A stretch of DNA of 64,000 bases from an uncultured bacterium (GCA_963749495.1 CAVVMW010000010.1:192001-256000), one strand, 5' to 3'. Positions 1 through 11,016 are shown, counted from the stretch's first letter. Translations and numbers: made by a program. Notes: a model not told the origin generated them from the letters alone.

Positions 1-394
1 CCCCGTCCATGAACTGGACCTGGTTGCGGCGGCAGGCCTCGAGCATTTCGGCAAGGTCGGCGAGGCTGGCCGCGCAGGGTTTTTCGCAGACCACGTGCTT
101 GCCGGCCTGCGCCGCCCGCACGACCCATTCCTTGCGCACCCCTGTGGGCAGCGGAATGTAAACGGCATCAATGTCTTTGGCGGCCAGCAACTCCTGGTAG
201 GAGCCCAGGGCCCTGGGCGGCGGCAGGAACGGGGCTTGCGCCTGGCATTGGCCGATGAACTGGCGGCTGCGCTCCAGGTCACGGCTGGCCACGGCCATGA
301 TGGTGCCGTTTCCCGTGTTCCAGATGGCCTTCCAGTTCTTCCGGGCGATTTGCGCCGCGCCCAGGATGCCCCAGCGAAACTTTGGCGTTTCCAT
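1..394 (-). CDS. Gfo/Idh/MocA family oxidoreductase (N-terminal part, runs off window)
   Basis: Manual translation from ATG at 394: METPKFRWGILGAAQIARKNW...DIDAVYIPLPTG...AGKHVVCEKP; Rossmann start and CEKP motif. Confidence 0.9.
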   Translation of the reverse strand, partial: METPKFRWGILGAAQIARKNWKAIWNTGNGTIMAVASRDLERSRQFIGQCQAQAPFLPPPRALGSYQELLAAKDIDAVYIPLPTGVRKEWVVRAAQAGKHVVCEKPCAASLADLAEMLEACRRNQVQFMDG

Positions 395-454
395 AGGTTT
401 GGCCCTCACTCAAACAGGTCGCGGCGCCCGGGGCAAGGTGAAAGGTTTTGGGGT

Positions 455-602
455 ACCCCTCACCCCAACCCTCTCCCCTTCCGAAGGGGAGAGGGAGAAG
501 CGTCGGCTGTCTCTGGAACTTCCTGGGGTCTCCGCTTGCCCAAGACGCTACGCACAACTCTCCCTCTCCCCATCCGATGGGGAGAGGGCCGGGGTGAGGG
601 GT
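455..602. repeat. REP-like palindromic doublet (CCCTCACCCC..CCTCTCCC..GGGAGAGGG family)
   Basis: Two hairpins in inverted orientation; ends ACCCCTCACCCC / GGGGTGAGGGGT; a half copy recurs at about 29310-29335. Confidence 0.75.
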
Positions 603-749
603 CCGCCCGCGGTGCTTCTCCTCCCTTCACTGAGGTCTTACGGTTTTGGCTTTTCTTTTGCTCAGCGTCCTGCTATGATTCGGGCCATTCAGTTCAGCAG
701 CGCGCAGCGAATAGTCATTCCCGGGAAATCGCAACCATCTGAATTTCCG

Positions 750-1952
750 ATGAAGTCGAAAGACTGGCGAGTTTTGTTCGTGGGAGGCGACACCTTGTGG
801 TCTCGGCAGATCGAGCACGATCTGCTCCGCCTCGTTCCGAATTGGCGGTGCGAGCACGCCAGGACCTGCGACCAGGCTTTGGCGGCACTCTCATCCGAGC
901 CGGCTCACGCCCTGGTCCTGGATGCCAGGGTGGGCGGCGCAGACAAGTTCCTGGAGGCGGTGGCCGCGCGGTTTCCCGGCACGATACCGGTGGTGCGCTG
1001 CCAGGCCTGGGACAGGGCTGCCGTGGCCCAGTGGACCAACCGCGGCGTGGGCCTGGTTCCCGACTGCGCCGACGCTGCCGCCCTGGTCGCGTCCGTCAAC
1101 AAGGCTGCGCGGCTCCATGGGTGGAAGATGGACCCTGCCATCCGGAGGCTGCTGGGCCTTGTGCGCAAGCTCCCGACCGTCCCCAGGCTCTACGCCGAGG
1201 TGACCGAGAAGTTGCAGTCCCCGGAGAGTTCAATCGAGGCGGTGGCCCATCTCATCTCTCAAGACCCGGTGATGACGGCCAAGATCCTGCAGGCGGTCAA
1301 TTCCGCCATGTTCGGGCTCGCCTGCGAGATCACCAGCCCGGTGCAGGCCGTCTTGCTCCTGGGCTCCGAGAGGACCTGCGCCCTCATCCTCCTGGCGGGT
1401 GTGTTCACCCAATTCGATGACATCCAATGCCCTGGCTTTTCCCCCGATGCCATCTGGCTCCACAGCCTGCAGACCGCCTGGTTCACGCGGACCATTGCGA
1501 GCGCAGAGATCACCGACCCAAGGTCCATCGAAGCTGCGTTCACCGCCGGGCTCCTGCACAACGTCGGCAAATTGATGCTCGCGGGCAACGTCCCGGACCT
1601 TTACACACAGGTCCTTCAAGCCCAGGCGCGCCGCCAATGCCCCCTCCAGGACGCCGAGCTGGAGGTCCTGGGCGCCACCCATGCCGAACTGGGCGCCAGC
1701 CTCCTGGGCAACTGGGGACTCGCCCTGCCCATCCTTGAGTCCGTCGCCTGGCACCACTGCCCCTCGCGCTCCCAAGACAGTTCCTTCTCGCTGCTCACCG
1801 CCGTGCACACCGCCAACGCCTTCGCTCACTGGGGCGAGGGCGGAAAGACCCAAGACCCTGTGGCCGGGCGCCTCGACACCCAGTACCTCTCACGGATCGG
1901 CCTGGGCAGCCGCCTCGATGACTGGCGCCAGCGGTGCAACGTCCCCGCGTAG
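750..1952 (+). CDS. HDOD domain protein with degenerate N-terminal receiver-like domain
   Basis: LPTVPRLY, DPVMTAKILQAVNSAMFG, AFTAGLLHNVGKL, HAELGASLLGNWGL, WHH motifs; start placed at ATG 750 because the upstream extension reads through the repeat. Confidence 0.9.
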   Translation: MKSKDWRVLFVGGDTLWSRQIEHDLLRLVPNWRCEHARTCDQALAALSSEPAHALVLDARVGGADKFLEAVAARFPGTIPVVRCQAWDRAAVAQWTNRGVGLVPDCADAAALVASVNKAARLHGWKMDPAIRRLLGLVRKLPTVPRLYAEVTEKLQSPESSIEAVAHLISQDPVMTAKILQAVNSAMFGLACEITSPVQAVLLLGSERTCALILLAGVFTQFDDIQCPGFSPDAIWLHSLQTAWFTRTIASAEITDPRSIEAAFTAGLLHNVGKLMLAGNVPDLYTQVLQAQARRQCPLQDAELEVLGATHAELGASLLGNWGLALPILESVAWHHCPSRSQDSSFSLLTAVHTANAFAHWGEGGKTQDPVAGRLDTQYLSRIGLGSRLDDWRQRCNVPA

Positions 1953-1984
1953 GGCGCGCGGCAGATCTCTTCCAGGGCGCCCGC

Positions 1985-2039
1985 CTGCCGCACAAATGCG
2001 GCGTTCCGGTTCGCCTCGGAACGCCGCATTATGCGGCAG
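1985..2039. repeat. REP-like inverted doublet CTGCCGCA..TGCGGCGTTCC
   Basis: Two palindromes in inverted orientation; same family at 12088-12175. Confidence 0.65.
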
Positions 2040-2184
2040 CGAAGAATTTTGGCGTGCGCGCCCTTAATCCAGGGGATTCCCCTGGGGCATCTTCATCCTT
2101 GGCCCGATTGCGCCCCGACAGCCGGCGCGGCATTATGCGGGCATCGAATGTGAAAATGGCAGCTCTCAGAAAGGCCCGCAACCT

Positions 2185-2595
2185 ATGATGAATCGCGACA
2201 GACTCCTCGGCAAACGCATCCTCCTCGCGGAAGACCAGACCGACGTGCGCCACATCCTCACGCTCCTGCTCCAGACTGACAAGCACATCGTCGCCTGCGC
2301 CGCCAACGGACGCGAGGCCCTGGACCGATTCACCCTCGAGCCCTTCGACCTGGTCATCACCGATTATGTCATGCCGGAAATGAACGGTGACGAACTGGCT
2401 CTGCGCATCAAGCAACTGGCCCCCGCCCAACCCATCCTCCTCATCACCGCCTCCAGCGACGCTCTGGACCGCTGCGCAGGCTGCGTGGACGCCATCCTCA
2501 GGAAACCCTTCAGCCTGGAGGAGTTGCGCGCAGACATCGCGCGCCTGATCGGCGCCGCCGCCGCGCCCCCGCCTGAAGAGGCATGCCCAGCTTGA
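2185..2595 (+). CDS. Single-domain response regulator (receiver)
   Basis: ILLAED, DLVITDYVMPEMNG, LITA, LRKPF motifs. Confidence 0.92.
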   Translation: MMNRDRLLGKRILLAEDQTDVRHILTLLLQTDKHIVACAANGREALDRFTLEPFDLVITDYVMPEMNGDELALRIKQLAPAQPILLITASSDALDRCAGCVDAILRKPFSLEELRADIARLIGAAAAPPPEEACPA

Positions 2596-2743
2596 TTCAG
2601 CGGCCACGCTGGAACTCTTCCCGCCCGACGCCCAGATCCCAGTGCGCAAGGCACGGGAACAGCCGGGCCGCCGGCGGGCTTGGATATTGGATGGCGATGC
2701 TCCGTGCTTGATGAAGAGGCCCGGATCGGCTTATGTTCTGCCT

Positions 2744-3323
2744 ATGACGGCAGCCGAAGCAGCGAAAACCGACATGCGCGCCCCGCAACTGTGGCCGCTT
2801 TCCGTGCAGGCCTACCATGCCCTGGGCGAAATGGGTCTGATTCCGGAGAGAACAGAACTGCTGTATGGCCAGGTCTTCTGCAAAATGCCTAAATCTCCAT
2901 TCCACGCACTGCTCCTCATGCGGCTGCTTGACCTGCTCCGCCGCGCAACCCCTCCAGGTGTGCACGTTCGGCAGGACCAGCCAATCCTCTGCGCCGACTC
3001 CGAACCGGAGCCCGATCTCTCGGTCGTCCGCGGTTCCATCGAAGATTACGCCAGTGAACATCCCCGCACAGCCGAACTTGTCGTCGAGGTGTGCGTGACC
3101 AGTCACGAGTACCGACCGCTCCAAGCTGCGCGCCTATGCAGGCGCGGCCATCAGGGAAGTCTGGCTGGTGTTGGCGCCGGAGCAGCAGATCGAACAGCAT
3201 CGCCACCCCGAGGGCGGACAGTTTCGCGAACGAATCCTTCACGGTCCCTCGGGCCGCCTGGCCAGCACGGTGCTGCCCCAATTTGCGGTGGAATTAGACC
3301 CGTTGTTCGCAGCCAAAGTGTGA
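2744..3323 (+). CDS. Uma2 family PD-(D/E)xK endonuclease (one +1 frameshift near 3112)
   Basis: ELLYGQV, SEPEPDLSVV, ELVVEV; continues in another frame as DRSKLRAYAGAAIREVWLV to TGA at 3321-3323. Confidence 0.85.
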
Positions 3324-3409
3324 GGCCAGCCCGGGTTGGCTTGAGCTGAGAATATCCAACCTCGCATGGGCGGGAAAAAGTGTGGTGACGTTCCGAGGGT
3401 CTGCCGTGT

Positions 3410-3721
3410 ATGTTTTTCGTCAATATGACGGATGCATTGAACAATCTTCGCGAGCGGATCAAGCCGGAAGAATTAGCAAAGCAGGGATTCCCGCGTCCGA
3501 AGAACGTCCTGCTCTCAAAGGGCGTGGACAGCAACGGCGATGAGGCCTTCTATGTGTATCTGGTATTTCCGGACAAGACTTCGGAGAAAGCTTTGGCTTG
3601 GCGGAAGATTGAGCCAATGGTGTCATGGGTTCGTGACTTGATCTGGACGGAGACCGGCGCGCAACTTTGGCCCTACGTCAAAGTAAAGCGTCAAAGGGAG
3701 TTGGCTGGAGGACCTGCCTGA
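3410..3721 (+). CDS. Small hypothetical protein, probable antitoxin partner of the downstream HEPN-like gene
   Basis: 103 aa, DSNGDEAFYVYLVF...WPYVKV; TGATG overlap with next ORF. Confidence 0.6.
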   Translation: MFFVNMTDALNNLRERIKPEELAKQGFPRPKNVLLSKGVDSNGDEAFYVYLVFPDKTSEKALAWRKIEPMVSWVRDLIWTETGAQLWPYVKVKRQRELAGGPA

Positions 3722-3855
3722 TGCCGCGCATTGGCCGGGATCTGGTCGCTCAAGCGCGGATGCTCGCGCTCTGCGAACCGCGGCGCCCCAAACAAGCGAC
3801 GCTTCGGCGGGCTGTTTCGACGGCTTATTATGGGTTGTTCCACTTTCTGATCAAC
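3721..3855 (+). pseudogene. Truncated HEPN-like toxin
   Basis: MPRIGRDLVAQARMLA...LRRAVSTAYYGLFH matches the N-terminal HEPN signature, then similarity stops. Confidence 0.65.
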
Positions 3856-4099
3856 GCGTGTCGAAACAGCCGTGAACGCCTGGCGGCAATTGAAAGGCGC
3901 GAGCCCCGGCATTTGTCGTTTGTTTGCGATGGCTCTGATTCTCTGGCCGAGTCTTGCCGGCCGTTAAGCGTTGACGGCAGGTCCGCGCTTAATGTCCTCC
4001 TGCCGCGCCTCCGGGGGCCGTGGTGGGACCCGCCCTCATTTTTCCTCCGCGCCTCCGCGCTTCCTCTGCGCCTCTGTCTTGCCTCCCGGTGGGGGTTTT

Positions 4100-4291
4100 G
4101 TTAAAGTTCAATGCACGACTCCGCCTCGTTCATCCAGCGCCTTGCGCGCCCCTGGGCCGCGCCTCCGCCGGGCCCGCCGCCGTTGGAGCTCGATTTGCGC
4201 TCCACGGGCCTTCACCCTGATCGAACTGCTGGTCGTCATTGCCATCATCGCCATCCAGAACGTCATCGCCCGGCTTGGCGCGCAACCCTGA
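4100..4291 (+). pseudogene. Prepilin-type N-terminal methylation motif fragment
   Basis: [16 protein letters not shown] ends abruptly at about 4256 and runs into the 3' end of the convergent gene. Confidence 0.7.
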
Positions 4292-6093
4292 ACCGGTAAT
4301 TCCACCGCCGGTCCGGCGCGCTGTCGCCGTTGACGCCGAACTCGGACACATCATCCAGGCGCTGGAGGTTGTCCGCCCAATGGAAATCGAATGCGGGCGT
4401 CCTGCCGGCCTGCCCGACCAGCCCTCGAGCGATGCCGATCTCCAAGCCGTTGCCATTGACCCGGTAGGCTGCGGTGCCCACCGTCTCCCATTTGCCGTCC
4501 CGCCAGGCCTTGACCGTCGTCTGGGTGTCGCCGGGCACTTCCAGGTTCACCACGTAATCGTAGCCCAGCCAGCCTGTCGCCCCGTTTTGGTCCGCGTCCA
4601 GAAAAAGCAGCATCCAGTTCCGGTCCGTTCGCGGCGTGATCCGGTCCAGCGTTTGCGCGTAGAAATAGACGTTCGCCTCGTCGTAAGCCGCCTTGAGGAT
4701 GACGAAGTCGTTGCGGCCGGTCTGGTTGCGATAGACCAGGCCGCCGTAGCCGTTGTGGTCGCGATGGAGGGTGTCGCCGATCGCATCACGGGTACTCGGG
4801 CCGCACGTCGTTCCAATCGTCGAACGAGCCGTCAATGACGATGCGGCTCGGGCCGGGGGCCGCGGGCGGCGGGCGGACGCCCTTGAAGCGCCGCACCCAG
4901 GCGGCCAACTGGTAGTAGTAGTTGTCCCCGTGTCCGCCGCGCATCGGCTCGCAATCGCGGCTGTACTCCTGCGTGTATTCATCCACAAACAGCCCGCCGG
5001 GATAGTAGCAATCGGTGTCCTTGTATTTGCTCCACTCGCTATAGCGCCCGGCTATCCACTCGTTCCAGCCGGTCACAAAGATGAACCTGGGATTCACATC
5101 GAGCGCGCGCCGCCATTGCTCGTCGAAGTTCAAACCCAGGTCCACCGCGCCCGGCCTGGGGTCCGCTGTGCCCTGGTGCCAGCTCCGGCCCATGGCGCCC
5201 GCCTTATGGCTCATCGGCGCCGGCCCGGGCGTGTTGGGCAACGCGTTCTGGGCCACGCCCACGCTCATCTGCTCGGGTTCCCCGCGGGCGTTCCTGAAGA
5301 CGTGCTGTGGATAAACCTCCAGCCAACTCCACTGATCCGGCCCGCTCGGCCCCACCCAGTAGTCCGGCATCGGCCGACGGAACGTGAAAAACTCGAGCAT
5401 GTCCGCGTCCTTGATGAACTCCTTGTTCGCCAGCAACAACGGTTTGCCCTCCCACATAAACCAGAGTTCCTTCCAGAGGCCCGGCTTATACAGGTCCCGC
5501 CAAAGCCGGTCGGCGATCGGGCGCGGATCGCCGAAAGGGCAAATGAACCCGATGGCGGGCGTGCGCGCGCCCTGGCGGCGCATCGCCGCGTACTCCCGGC
5601 ACAGCGCCTCGTACTCCTCTTTCCACGTGAACGGCGGGTTGGTGGTGTCGAACAGGATGACATCAATCCCGGCCTGGGCCAGCAGGCCGGCGTGTTTGCG
5701 AATGACGAACGGGTCGGTCATCAGGTAATAACCCAGTTCCGGCTCGCCCCAATGGTGGGGCGCGCCATTGGCGGGCCAGGCCACCGGGCCGCCGTTGCCC
5801 TTGGCGGCGGCGATGAGCTGCGTATTGTCGTTCGGCCCTGAGCGGTTGGGTGTGTGCCACGTCCAATAGAAAATGCCCGCCCATTTGTCCGGCTTTACCG
5901 GCCCGCATTCCTCGAACCCCGGCACCACCCGCCCGGCCCCATCGGTCGCCACCCACGTATCCGCATAAACATCCCCGCCTTCGTACGGTTTGCCATGGAA
6001 CTCCGCCGCGCGGGCGGCCAGGCCGCAGACCAGCGCCGCAATGGCGGCGGCATTCATTGCAGTTCGAGGGCTGATCACTGAGAATGCGTTCAT
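4263..6093 (-). CDS. Secreted putative glycoside hydrolase (GH71/GH99-like TIM barrel), +1 frameshift near 4790
   Basis: Signal peptide, HHWGEPELGYY, AGIDVILFDTTN, FVTGWNEW, EYSRDCEP; ORFs 4786..6093 and 4263..4988 join as EY/RDAIGDT. Confidence 0.65.
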
Positions 6094-6142
6094 TCGGGAT
6101 TACTTTTCGCGGTTGGGCGATTTTGAATTGTTTGCTGCTGGT

Positions 6143-6739
6143 CTATGGCGGAGGTGATCCGACAAAATCCCGGTAGGCAAAGTTGTCGATGGGTTCACCA
6201 GGCATGAGCGATCGGCGACGCAGCTCCCGGCGGCGCAGCGACGGATGGCGGACGTTGAGGCTGTAGAGCCTCAGCGTCACGCTTGCACGGTGCTGATCCT
6301 CAGGCGAAGCCTGCTCGTTTGCCTCGAGCGTTCCACGCGTGTAATCCCAGCGGAAAAACCGGTCGAAGGCGTAATCCTCGGCGTCCGGCCGAAGCAAGGC
6401 CTCGTCAAAATCTTCCCCTTTCCCCTGACAAAAATCGCAGCAATAGTAAAGGTTCTGCCATTTGTAGGCCTCGCGCGGGAACCGGGTTTTGGGCCGGAAG
6501 TGCTCTACCGTCTCGTAGGACGGCGGACTGATGGGGTAGTTGTCGCAGAAGGAGCAGTGGTCCTGCACCTGTGCCTTCAATGTGGGGCGGAGCTTGTGGT
6601 TAACGGGTTCGCCCTCGACCGTGTGCCAATGGAAACGAGCCGCTGGGCTTGCGGCATGGCGCTGCTCCCACTCCTCTCCCCAGGATTCCCATCTCTCCAG
6701 GAGGAACTCCGGCGCCGGCCAACGCTTGAACTTCCTCAT
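6143..6739 (-). CDS. HNH endonuclease (PtuB/TIGR02646-like)
   Basis: HCSFCD...VEHFRPK...AYKWQNLYYCCDFC; 4-bp overlap with upstream ATPase. Confidence 0.85.
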   Translation of the reverse strand: MRKFKRWPAPEFLLERWESWGEEWEQRHAASPAARFHWHTVEGEPVNHKLRPTLKAQVQDHCSFCDNYPISPPSYETVEHFRPKTRFPREAYKWQNLYYCCDFCQGKGEDFDEALLRPDAEDYAFDRFFRWDYTRGTLEANEQASPEDQHRASVTLRLYSLNVRHPSLRRRELRRRSLMPGEPIDNFAYRDFVGSPPP

Positions 6740-7975
6740 TTCGCCCCGACGTTGGCCAACTGACGTTCCATCTGGTTCAATTCCCTCCCCATCATGTAGC
6801 GGAGTTCCATGCTCCGTTTGGAAAGATCTTCCGCCAGTCGAGCAGCCTTGCCTTTGGCCTCCGCATCCCCTCGGTAGGCACGGTCCCGTTCGGCTCTAAA
6901 CTCGGCCAGGAGCTTTTCGGTCTCGGGATCGTACCATTTCCTCCAGGCCCATGATGTCTTCGAGCACCGAGATGTAACTGTCACCTGCGCTTGCGGGCTT
7001 GGGCTGCGGGACTTTGACCGTTCCGTCATTCTCCAGCCTGAATGCGTGGATCCACCCGGAGTTGAGCGATGCGATGACAAACGGCGAGTGTGTCGCCACA
7101 AAGATCTGCGCCTTGGGGAAGAGGCGCTGGAATGCGGGCAAAACCCGCCTTTGCCAGACCGGGTGAAGGTGGCTCTCGATTTCATCAAGCAGGAACACCG
7201 CCTCCCGTTCCGCCGGCGAGCCCTTGCCTCGGAGCATAGCGTCCATCATCACCTCGGCGTCCACCAACCAGCCGATGATGGACCGCAGGCCGTCTGGAAG
7301 GAAGTCGAAGGGCATCGGCACACTTGCCCACTTCACCTGCAATGTGGGTTGAGGATAGGTCGTGACCTGGAAGACGAACGGCTGGTCCGTTATCCGTGTC
7401 AACGTGTCCTCGAGCGCTCGAACGATTTGCCTTGAGTGAGTGGCACCCGTCCCAGCGCTTTGGTCCAGCGAGTCCATTGCGGCCTGCATCTTGAGGCCAG
7501 CAATGGCCTGGAGCAAGGCGGAGGAGTGATCCGCAGTTCGGCAGAAGGATAGGCACTCTGCGCGCTCCGGCCTCGGAACCGCTGCAACAGCCGCAATGGG
7601 GACGTCGGAAACATAGGCGAGCCCGTGATAGGCGAATGCTGGGACGTTCTTGAGCCATCGCTGAAATGGCGCTGTAGCCGCAAGCCGTACCGACCCGCCC
7701 CCCACCCATTCTGGGCGCGCTGGCGCCGGTGCGCCCAGGTTGCCCGAGGCAAAGGCCCCAATCGCGCCGTCGGTCTTCCTCAGCCTCCGCTTAAGGGCTT
7801 CCCCGCCACCGAGCAAGGCCGCCAAGAGCGCCAGCAGGCGCGTCTTCCCCGTGCCGTTGACGCCAGTCAGCAAATGCACCTCAGCCAGGTCCGGCGGTTT
7901 GTTTTCGACCCTCGGAAATTCCATGCGGAACTTCCCGAAGGGAGGAAAGTCAGCCGACTTCAGTACGCGGAACAT
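6736..7975 (-). CDS. ABC/AAA_21-type ATPase (PtuA-like), +1 frameshift near 6937
   Basis: Walker A GVNGTGKT, signature LPDG, Walker B LLDEIESHLHP, ATHSP; C-terminus WYDPETEKLL in second frame. Confidence 0.88.
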
Positions 7976-8063
7976 AAGCAAGGGCTGTATATCCCGGGCG
8001 CCCCGGCAATGCAACGCGGAAAAGGCTCTTGGGAGCGATTGGGGCACAACCGGACGCCGCCCC

Positions 8064-8290
8064 AGGGCCGAAGGCCCGCCATGTGAAAGCCCGGGCTGCA
8101 GCGGAGCGGAGGCCCCGGTAGCAGGCGCCCTCGAAACAGTCCCTGGGCTGTAAGGCCGGGACCCCTTGCCCGGGGACCCGGGGGTGTTGTAGCGCCCTTG
8201 CAGGGCGCAGGAGTTTATGTGGCCGTGACCTGGGCCTCCGCTCGCAAGCTCGCTCCAGCCCAGGCTGTCACATCGCGGGCTTTCAGCCCT
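8064..8290. repeat. About 230-bp palindromic element with GGGCCGAAGGCCCG termini (copy 1 of 3)
   Basis: Terminal inverted repeats and shared internal sequence with 18161-18429 and 52686-52912. Confidence 0.8.
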
Positions 8291-8353
8291 AAGATGGGCG
8301 CGCTCTATGGGCACTGCCGGCAGGCGCCCAGAGGCACCCGGGCCGACTCCGCA

Positions 8354-8386
8354 CCAATCCATCAATCCATCAATCCATCAATCCAT
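8354..8386. repeat. Octamer tandem repeat (CAATCCAT)x4
   Basis: Seen directly. Confidence 0.8.
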
Positions 8387-8406
8387 TTGCGGGTGCCCCT
8401 GCCGTT

Positions 8407-9687
8407 TTACCTGCCCGCCGCGGCGATGCAGTAGAGACCCTTGAACCCCCGCAGGAACATCCTTCCGCCGCTGATGGCCGGGGAGGCGTAGGTCTTCTCA
8501 CCGAGCTCGTTGCGGGCCAGCAACGCGAATTCCGGCCCCGCCTTGACCACGTGCATCACGCCGTCGTCGTTCAGGAAATAAACCCGGCCATCGGCCGCCA
8601 CCGGGGAGGAGTGATGGAGGCCCATTTTCTCGTGCCAGAGAATCCGGCCGGTGGCGGCCTCGAAACAATAGGCTGCCTTGTCGTTGAAGGCGGCCGTCAT
8701 GAACCATTTGCCCACGCTGATCGGGGAAGGAACGTAGGGCGCGCCCACGTCGGTGCTCCAGGCCACTTTGCTCTGCGTCACATTGCCCTCGCCGTCGGGT
8801 TTGATCGCGATCAGGACGCGCTTGGGCCAACTGCTGCAGCTCAGGACCAGGCCCGACTCCTGGTTGAAAACCGGCGTGGCGACGCAATCCTCGGACGGGC
8901 CGTCCACGACCCACAATTGCTTGCCGCTCCGGGGGTCATAGCCGGTCACCGCCTTGTCGCCGGCCACGACCACCTGGGCGCGGCCCGCCATCTCGCGGAT
9001 GAGCGGCGCGCTGTAGCTGTGCGTGCCATTCTCGCGCGGGGTCTTCCAAAGCGTCCGGCCATCCGCCCGGCTTACCGCCACGATGAAGTTCTCCCCCTTG
9101 CTGTCGCAGTCCACGATCACCTTGTCCTCGAAGAGCGTTGGGTTGTGGCTGAAACCCCAGACGGCCTGGAATTGGCCGGGACGGACCAGCCAGAGCTGCT
9201 TGCCGCTGAAGTCGTGCGCAGCCACGATTACGTCCTTGCCATCCAGGAACGTGACATAAACCCTCTGACCGTCAGTGGTTGGCGTGGCGGAGGCATAGCT
9301 GTTTTCGGCGTTCTTCGCCTCCAGTGGGCCGCGCAGCACGGTTTGCTGCCAGAGCAGCTTGCCGGTCGGGGCCTCCAGGCAGAGCAGGAGGCGCTCCTGC
9401 GTCTCCTTGAGCGCGGTGGTCAGAAAAATCCGATCTCCCCAGACAATTGGCGAGGAATGGCCCTCGCCCGGCAGGAGGGTCTTCCAGGCGATGTTCTCGG
9501 TTGCGCTCCACTTGATTGGGACGTTCTGCTCCAGGCTGCTGCCGTCCCCGCGCGGCCCGCGCCAGCCGGGCCAATTCTCGCCGCGGGCCACGCCCCCGGT
9601 TGTCGCCGTGCAACCCACCCATAGCCACATCACCAGGCAACCACCGGACTTTCCAGGAGACAGCACAGCCATAAATTCCAGGGACAC
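8407..9687 (-). CDS. PQQ-binding-like beta-propeller repeat protein
   Basis: NWPGWRGPRGDG, WKTLLPGEGHSSPIVWGDRIF, SPAISGGRMFLR. Confidence 0.9.
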   Translation of the reverse strand: MSLEFMAVLSPGKSGGCLVMWLWVGCTATTGGVARGENWPGWRGPRGDGSSLEQNVPIKWSATENIAWKTLLPGEGHSSPIVWGDRIFLTTALKETQERLLLCLEAPTGKLLWQQTVLRGPLEAKNAENSYASATPTTDGQRVYVTFLDGKDVIVAAHDFSGKQLWLVRPGQFQAVWGFSHNPTLFEDKVIVDCDSKGENFIVAVSRADGRTLWKTPRENGTHSYSAPLIREMAGRAQVVVAGDKAVTGYDPRSGKQLWVVDGPSEDCVATPVFNQESGLVLSCSSWPKRVLIAIKPDGEGNVTQSKVAWSTDVGAPYVPSPISVGKWFMTAAFNDKAAYCFEAATGRILWHEKMGLHHSSPVAADGRVYFLNDDGVMHVVKAGPEFALLARNELGEKTYASPAISGGRMFLRGFKGLYCIAAAGR

Positions 9688-9707
9688 TACATGAATCCGG
9701 TGGCAGT

Positions 9708-9809
9708 AAAAGGCTAAAGGCTAAAGGCTAAAGGCTGAGGCGGGGAGGGGGCGCAGCCCATGGTCTGTCCTTTGGCCTTTAGCCTTTAGCCTTTAGCCTT
9801 TAGCCTTTT
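9708..9809. repeat. Inverted pair of heptamer arrays (AAAGGCT)n ... (AGCCTTT)n
   Basis: About 4 copies per arm around a roughly 35-bp spacer. Confidence 0.85.
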
Positions 9810-9885
9810 CCAGACGGGGTGAGGGGCAAGCGGCAACCAACCACAGCGGGGTTGCCAAGAACTGATTTGCGCCCTGGCGCAGGCC

Positions 9886-10863
9886 CTATCCTGCCCCCAC
9901 GTCCGCCCGGAGGAAGGAGGCGGCGGCTTCGGCGCGGAGTTCAACGGTGTCGAGGCTGGCGGGAACCAGGCAGAACTGCCCCGGGGCCAACCAGAGTTCG
10001 GCCTGGCCGTGGCGGACGCACAGCCGCCCATTGAGGAGACCGAGGATGTGCGCTCGGCCCGGGGCGAGCGGGGCGGCGGAGGCGGGCTCGAGCTGCCAGG
10101 CCTCGACCGTGAAGAGCGGGTCGCGCACCAACGCCCGCACCTTGGCCGGGCCGGTGCCTGCGAAGCCGCCGCGCACCAGCGCGGGTTCGAAATCGGCGAA
10201 GTCAATACTGGCCAGCGACTGGGCCACGTGGAGTTGGCGTGGTTTGCCGTCCAGCCCGAGCCGGTTCCAATCGAACACGCGGTAGGTCGTGTCCGAGTTC
10301 TGCTGGATTTCGAAGATGACCAGGCCGCTGCCCAGGGCGTGGACGCGCCCGCTGGGCAGGGACATGGCGTCGCCCGCCCGGACACCCACGCGGTGGAAAC
10401 ACTCGGCCACGGCGCCGGCCCGGAGTTTTCGCTCGAACTCGGCCCGGGTGACGCCGCGTTTCAACCCGACGTACAACTGCGCTTGAGGCGCGGCCTCGGC
10501 CACATACCACATCTCGGTCTTGGGTTCGCCGCCCAACCGGGCCGCCAGGGCGGCGGGGGGATGGACCTGGAGCGAGAGCGTGTCCTGGGCATCCAGGATC
10601 TTCACCAGGAGCGGGAAGCGCCTGTGCTCCGAGGCAGCCGCGCCGAGCAACTCGGCGGCGTGCTGCTCCATGAGCCACCGCAGGTCTTTGCCGGCCATGG
10701 GACCGTTGGCGATGACGCTGCCATCGCCAGGGCGGTCGCTGATCTCCCAGGACTCGCCTATGGGCACGCCGGGCGGCAGCGCTTTGTGATAGAGTTGCTC
10801 GAGGCGGCGTCCGCCCCAGACCCGCTCTTTGAATATGGGATGGAAGGTCAGGGGGTAGAGCAT
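9886..10863 (-). CDS. manA: Mannose-6-phosphate isomerase class I
   Basis: KERVWGG, GESWEIS, FPLLVKILDA..LSLQVHP, KTEMWY, HALG, EIQQNSDTTYRVFDW. Confidence 0.92.
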   Translation of the reverse strand: MLYPLTFHPIFKERVWGGRRLEQLYHKALPPGVPIGESWEISDRPGDGSVIANGPMAGKDLRWLMEQHAAELLGAAASEHRRFPLLVKILDAQDTLSLQVHPPAALAARLGGEPKTEMWYVAEAAPQAQLYVGLKRGVTRAEFERKLRAGAVAECFHRVGVRAGDAMSLPSGRVHALGSGLVIFEIQQNSDTTYRVFDWNRLGLDGKPRQLHVAQSLASIDFADFEPALVRGGFAGTGPAKVRALVRDPLFTVEAWQLEPASAAPLAPGRAHILGLLNGRLCVRHGQAELWLAPGQFCLVPASLDTVELRAEAAASFLRADVGAG

Positions 10864-10876
10864 TGCGGGGCGTTAG

Positions 10877-11015
10877 ATCGTGTTTGGAAAGCTCCGGTTT
10901 TGGGTCTTTGTCGCGGTCTTTGTCGCGGCCTTTGTCGAAACAATGGCCAGTCCGACAAAGGTTGCGACAAAGGTTGCGACAAAGGTGTCCATTTCGGCGG
11001 CTTCCCAAACACGCT
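10877..11015. repeat. MITE-like element with internal inverted 12-mer arrays (CTTTGTCGnnnn / nnnCGACAAAGG)
   Basis: Ends ATCGTGTTTGGAAAGC / GCTTCCCAAACACGCT; 3+3 internal 12-mers. Confidence 0.7.
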
Positions 11016-11016
11016 G

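Noticed and set aside
255..749. N-terminal extension of the HDOD ORF
   Set aside because: It overlaps the divergent oxidoreductase and reads through a palindromic repeat
6143..8300. Retron system
   Set aside because: No reverse transcriptase motifs are seen, and the upstream structured DNA is a multi-copy repeat, not msr-msd
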